Below are positions 61,275 through 64,000 of a stretch of 64,000 bases of DNA, piece by piece. Origin of the DNA: Gracilinanus agilis (Eukaryota); assembly GCF_016433145.1 (NCBI RefSeq), contig NC_058134.1, positions 64,065,387 through 64,129,386 on the forward strand. Direction: 5' to 3'. The stretch's first letter is position 1, and each line of letters begins with the position of its first letter. A program made the translations under genes and the position numbers. The notes under the pieces were generated by a model. It saw only the letters and a list, made by a program, of their open reading frames with translations. It ran no database searches and had not been told where the DNA came from.

Positions 61275-61612
61275 AAGGAACCTCAAATCTGATTTCAGAC
61301 ACTTCCTGGCTGTATGGCCCTGAACAAGTCACTTAACCCCCATTGACTAGCCCTTATTGCTTTTCTGCCTTGGAACCAATATACCATATTGATTCGAAGA
61401 CCTAAAGTAAGCATTTTTTTAACCCTTACCTTCCATCTTGGAGTCAATACTGTGTATTGGCTCCAAGGCAGAAGAGTGGTAAGGGTAGGCAATGGGGGGC
61501 AAGTGACTTGCCCAGGGTCACACAGCTGGAAAGTGTCTGAGGCCAGATTTGAACCTAGGACCTCCCGTCTCTAGGCCTGGCTCTCAATCCACTGAGCTAC
61601 CCAGCTGCCCCC
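61275..61612. mobile_element. Tail-to-tail pair of SINE1_Mdo-type SINEs (sense ~61275-61412, antisense ~61413-61612)
   Basis: Two CORE-SINE copies in opposite orientation with essentially no spacer. Confidence 0.88.
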
Positions 61613-62394
61613 CATTTTTTAAAAAAAAAGAGCAAACATCATGTGTACAAAGCATCAGAATAAAAGATGAAAGAATTCGTGAACCCCTATCCTGATAAAT
61701 AAGAGATTTTTGTTTTTCCTTTTTTGGTAACAGATAGTCTGAAGAAAAATAAGCTGCATGGGGTCAAGTCATGTCTTGGGACATGCACATATTCTAGAAG
61801 GACAAGTGATTCTCCTCTCATTCAAGCAATGAAAATCACAACTAGAGAGCTTGAATCAAAAATTAGTCATCCCAGAGGGGATCAGTAGACAGAAACAGAG
61901 ATTTTTTTTATTACCTGTTACCTCTGTTGACTGTTAAATAACCATCTCTGGGTAATGAGGTCAATATTTAAATTCATCATTTGGAGTTTTTCTTTCCCCT
62001 TTAAGGTATATATGCTATCCAGAAGCTCTGCTTCTTCCAGGAATGGATCCTGGAAGATCCTAGCAATTATTTTCAACTGCCACATTTTCTGTTAACATTC
62101 AGCTGAGGTAAGTTAAGGAACCCCAAAGGACACTTTTAGCATCTTTTATATTTAGAAAACACTATGCTGAGAGTTACAAGAAATTAGGTAGGAAAAGCAG
62201 AGTAAGGCATGATTTCTGCTCTCAGGAAACTTATAGCATAGCTGAAGAGACTATTACGTACACTAATAACCTTTATATAGCTCTTTAAGGTTTACAAAGC
62301 AACTTTAACATACTTTATCTCACAAGAACTCTGTGAGACAGGTAAAATTATTATCCCCTGCAGATTCTAAATGATCCCCCAAGTGAAAATACCA

Positions 62395-62530
62395 ATAATA
62401 TGGAAATAGGTCTTGATCAACAACACATGCAAAGCCCAGTGGAATTGCATGTTGGCTATGGGAGGTGGTAGGAAGAAGGGGAGGGAAAGAATATGAATCA
62501 TGGAACCATGGGAAATTTTTCATAATTAAT
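62395..62530 (+). mobile_element. Short L1_Mdo-type 3' end
   Basis: aataatatggaaataggtcttgatcaac...atgaatcatggaaccatggg. Confidence 0.85.
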
Positions 62531-62901
62531 CAACAAAAGGAAAAAAGAAAAACAGCAAACATAAAAAAGTATTATCCCCATTTTTCAGATGAAGAAACTG
62601 GGGCTAAAGAAGGACAAGACTTGCCCAGGGTCACACAGTAAGTAAACAACTAAGCTAAGATTTTACTTTAGATCTTTTAGATCCCAAATCCAGCTCAGCC
62701 CAGCCACTATACTATTGGTTAATATATGAAAAAAAAATCATGGAACAATTAGAGATAGGTTATATTTGTGTCGAGGTGTTTTTGTATTACAGACTTTAAG
62801 TGTTTGAGGGACAGTGTGTGGGGTGGAGATAGGAAGTCTTGGATGGCTGGAGCCAATATAGGTATAACAAATATGAAATCATTGGGATTCTGGGTGTAGA
62901 A

Positions 62902-63062
62902 CAGAGGTTCTTACACATAGAGTCCATGAACTTTATTTTTCATGTTTTGATTACTATTTCAATATAGTTGTTTGTTTTTAATCCTACATATTATACTTTA
63001 CACGTTTAAAAACATTTTTCCAAGAAGGGGATCTGGGACTCAAGAAAAGGTTAAGAAGCCTG
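62902..63062. mobile_element. Old hAT/Charlie-like non-autonomous remnant
   Basis: Degenerate termini cagaggttctta...aaggttaagaagcctg; no target duplication left. Confidence 0.5.
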
Positions 63063-64000
63063 AGCAGGGTGCCAGTCACAAAAATACTGACCCATTTTAT
63101 TGTGTATTGATTCTGTGACACCTTATCTCATACCAAGGAGGACATCAAGCTAAGTGCCTCAATTTCAGGGCTCTCATGCCAGCATTTCCATTCCCAATGA
63201 ACGAGTGTAGCCCCACCTAAACAACAGCATGCAGGGACAAAAGAACAGCCCCAAGAACGAGAATGGGGCCAGGTGGCCCCCAGGATAATTCTATGAGGAG
63301 CTCCTGGGAACTGCCATTTTTTAATCAACTCAGTTAAAAACCTAACTCCTTCTGGCCAGCACGGACAACTGGGGGGAAGAGGGTAAATGTGTACAAAGCC
63401 ACCAATGCCCCTACATTGTTCAGTCAATAGAGAAGAGGCACAATTGCAAATGTTGGTGAATCTCCCTTGTAAATGGAGGCAAAGCACCAGAAGAAGTCAT
63501 CACCTACCCAGCTCTCCTTTCAGTCTCCCTTTTTTGTTATAATTAATATGTTAATTTCCGGTATCTTCCATTCCCCTAGCTGAAACTAAGCCCTTCTGGA
63601 CTGCTGCCAAGAACACTTAAGAAGAGCATTCAGCAGCAACCTTTATCTCAGGCAATGAGATAAGCTGGGTTTTTTTTTCCATGGAAAGAGGTGGTGGGAC
63701 CATTCCCACTATAGAGTCAGTGTGTCCACAATAGAATGCAGTAAAGATACACCAGAATATCACAGCACTAATATCACTGGCTATGACGCAGACCTTGATA
63801 TAAGGCAGATCTGCTTTAGGTTCCCTTTAAGGGGATTTAATTACTGATATATCAAAGGAATATCAAAAAATGGGTTTTATTTTATAGGATTCCTAAAATT
63901 GTAGAATCTCAGCATTGTAAGGGACCACAGAGGCCATCTTGTCCAACCCACAACTAAGTATTTCCTCAAAAGAAACCTGACAAGTACTTAGCAAGTCTCT

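Noticed and set aside
41350-64000. PTF1A or other neighbours expected from human synteny
   Set aside because: No bHLH ORF or second CpG island is present; any such gene lies outside the window, so the synteny is unconfirmed here.

Overview
Repeat-rich marsupial genomic DNA, most likely the opossum Monodelphis domestica. The species call is an inference from abundant SINE1_Mdo/MAR1-type SINEs, L1_Mdo-type 3' ends, an RTE remnant and old L2/MIR/L3 copies. Two spliced protein-coding genes can be built by hand. (1) MSRB2 on the + strand, with a CpG-island promoter and coding exons at 1907-2027, 6938-7032, 11371-11447 and 22761-22865. The expected fourth exon is not visible and most plausibly lies in the N gap at 18067-18261. 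(2) A convergent, complete 3-exon gene on the - strand (41325-41071, 37944-37830, 27730-27573) encoding a 175-aa member of the C17orf98/SPMAP1 (DUF4542, IPPYN-motif) family. The supplied ORF track does not show it as one ORF. From recall, the human gene lies in a different neighbourhood, so this looks like an intron-containing paralog; it is the best finding here. Also present: a decayed FAM32A processed pseudogene, five short hAT elements with 8-bp target duplications (one family carries a CTCF-consensus motif), a perfect 26-bp intronic hairpin, a nested foldback element, a twin-primed L1 with a second antisense L1 in its tail, and five assembly gaps. No rRNA, tRNA gene or CRISPR array is supported. 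Family names and motif meanings are from recall, not database searches. Most repeat boundaries are approximate.
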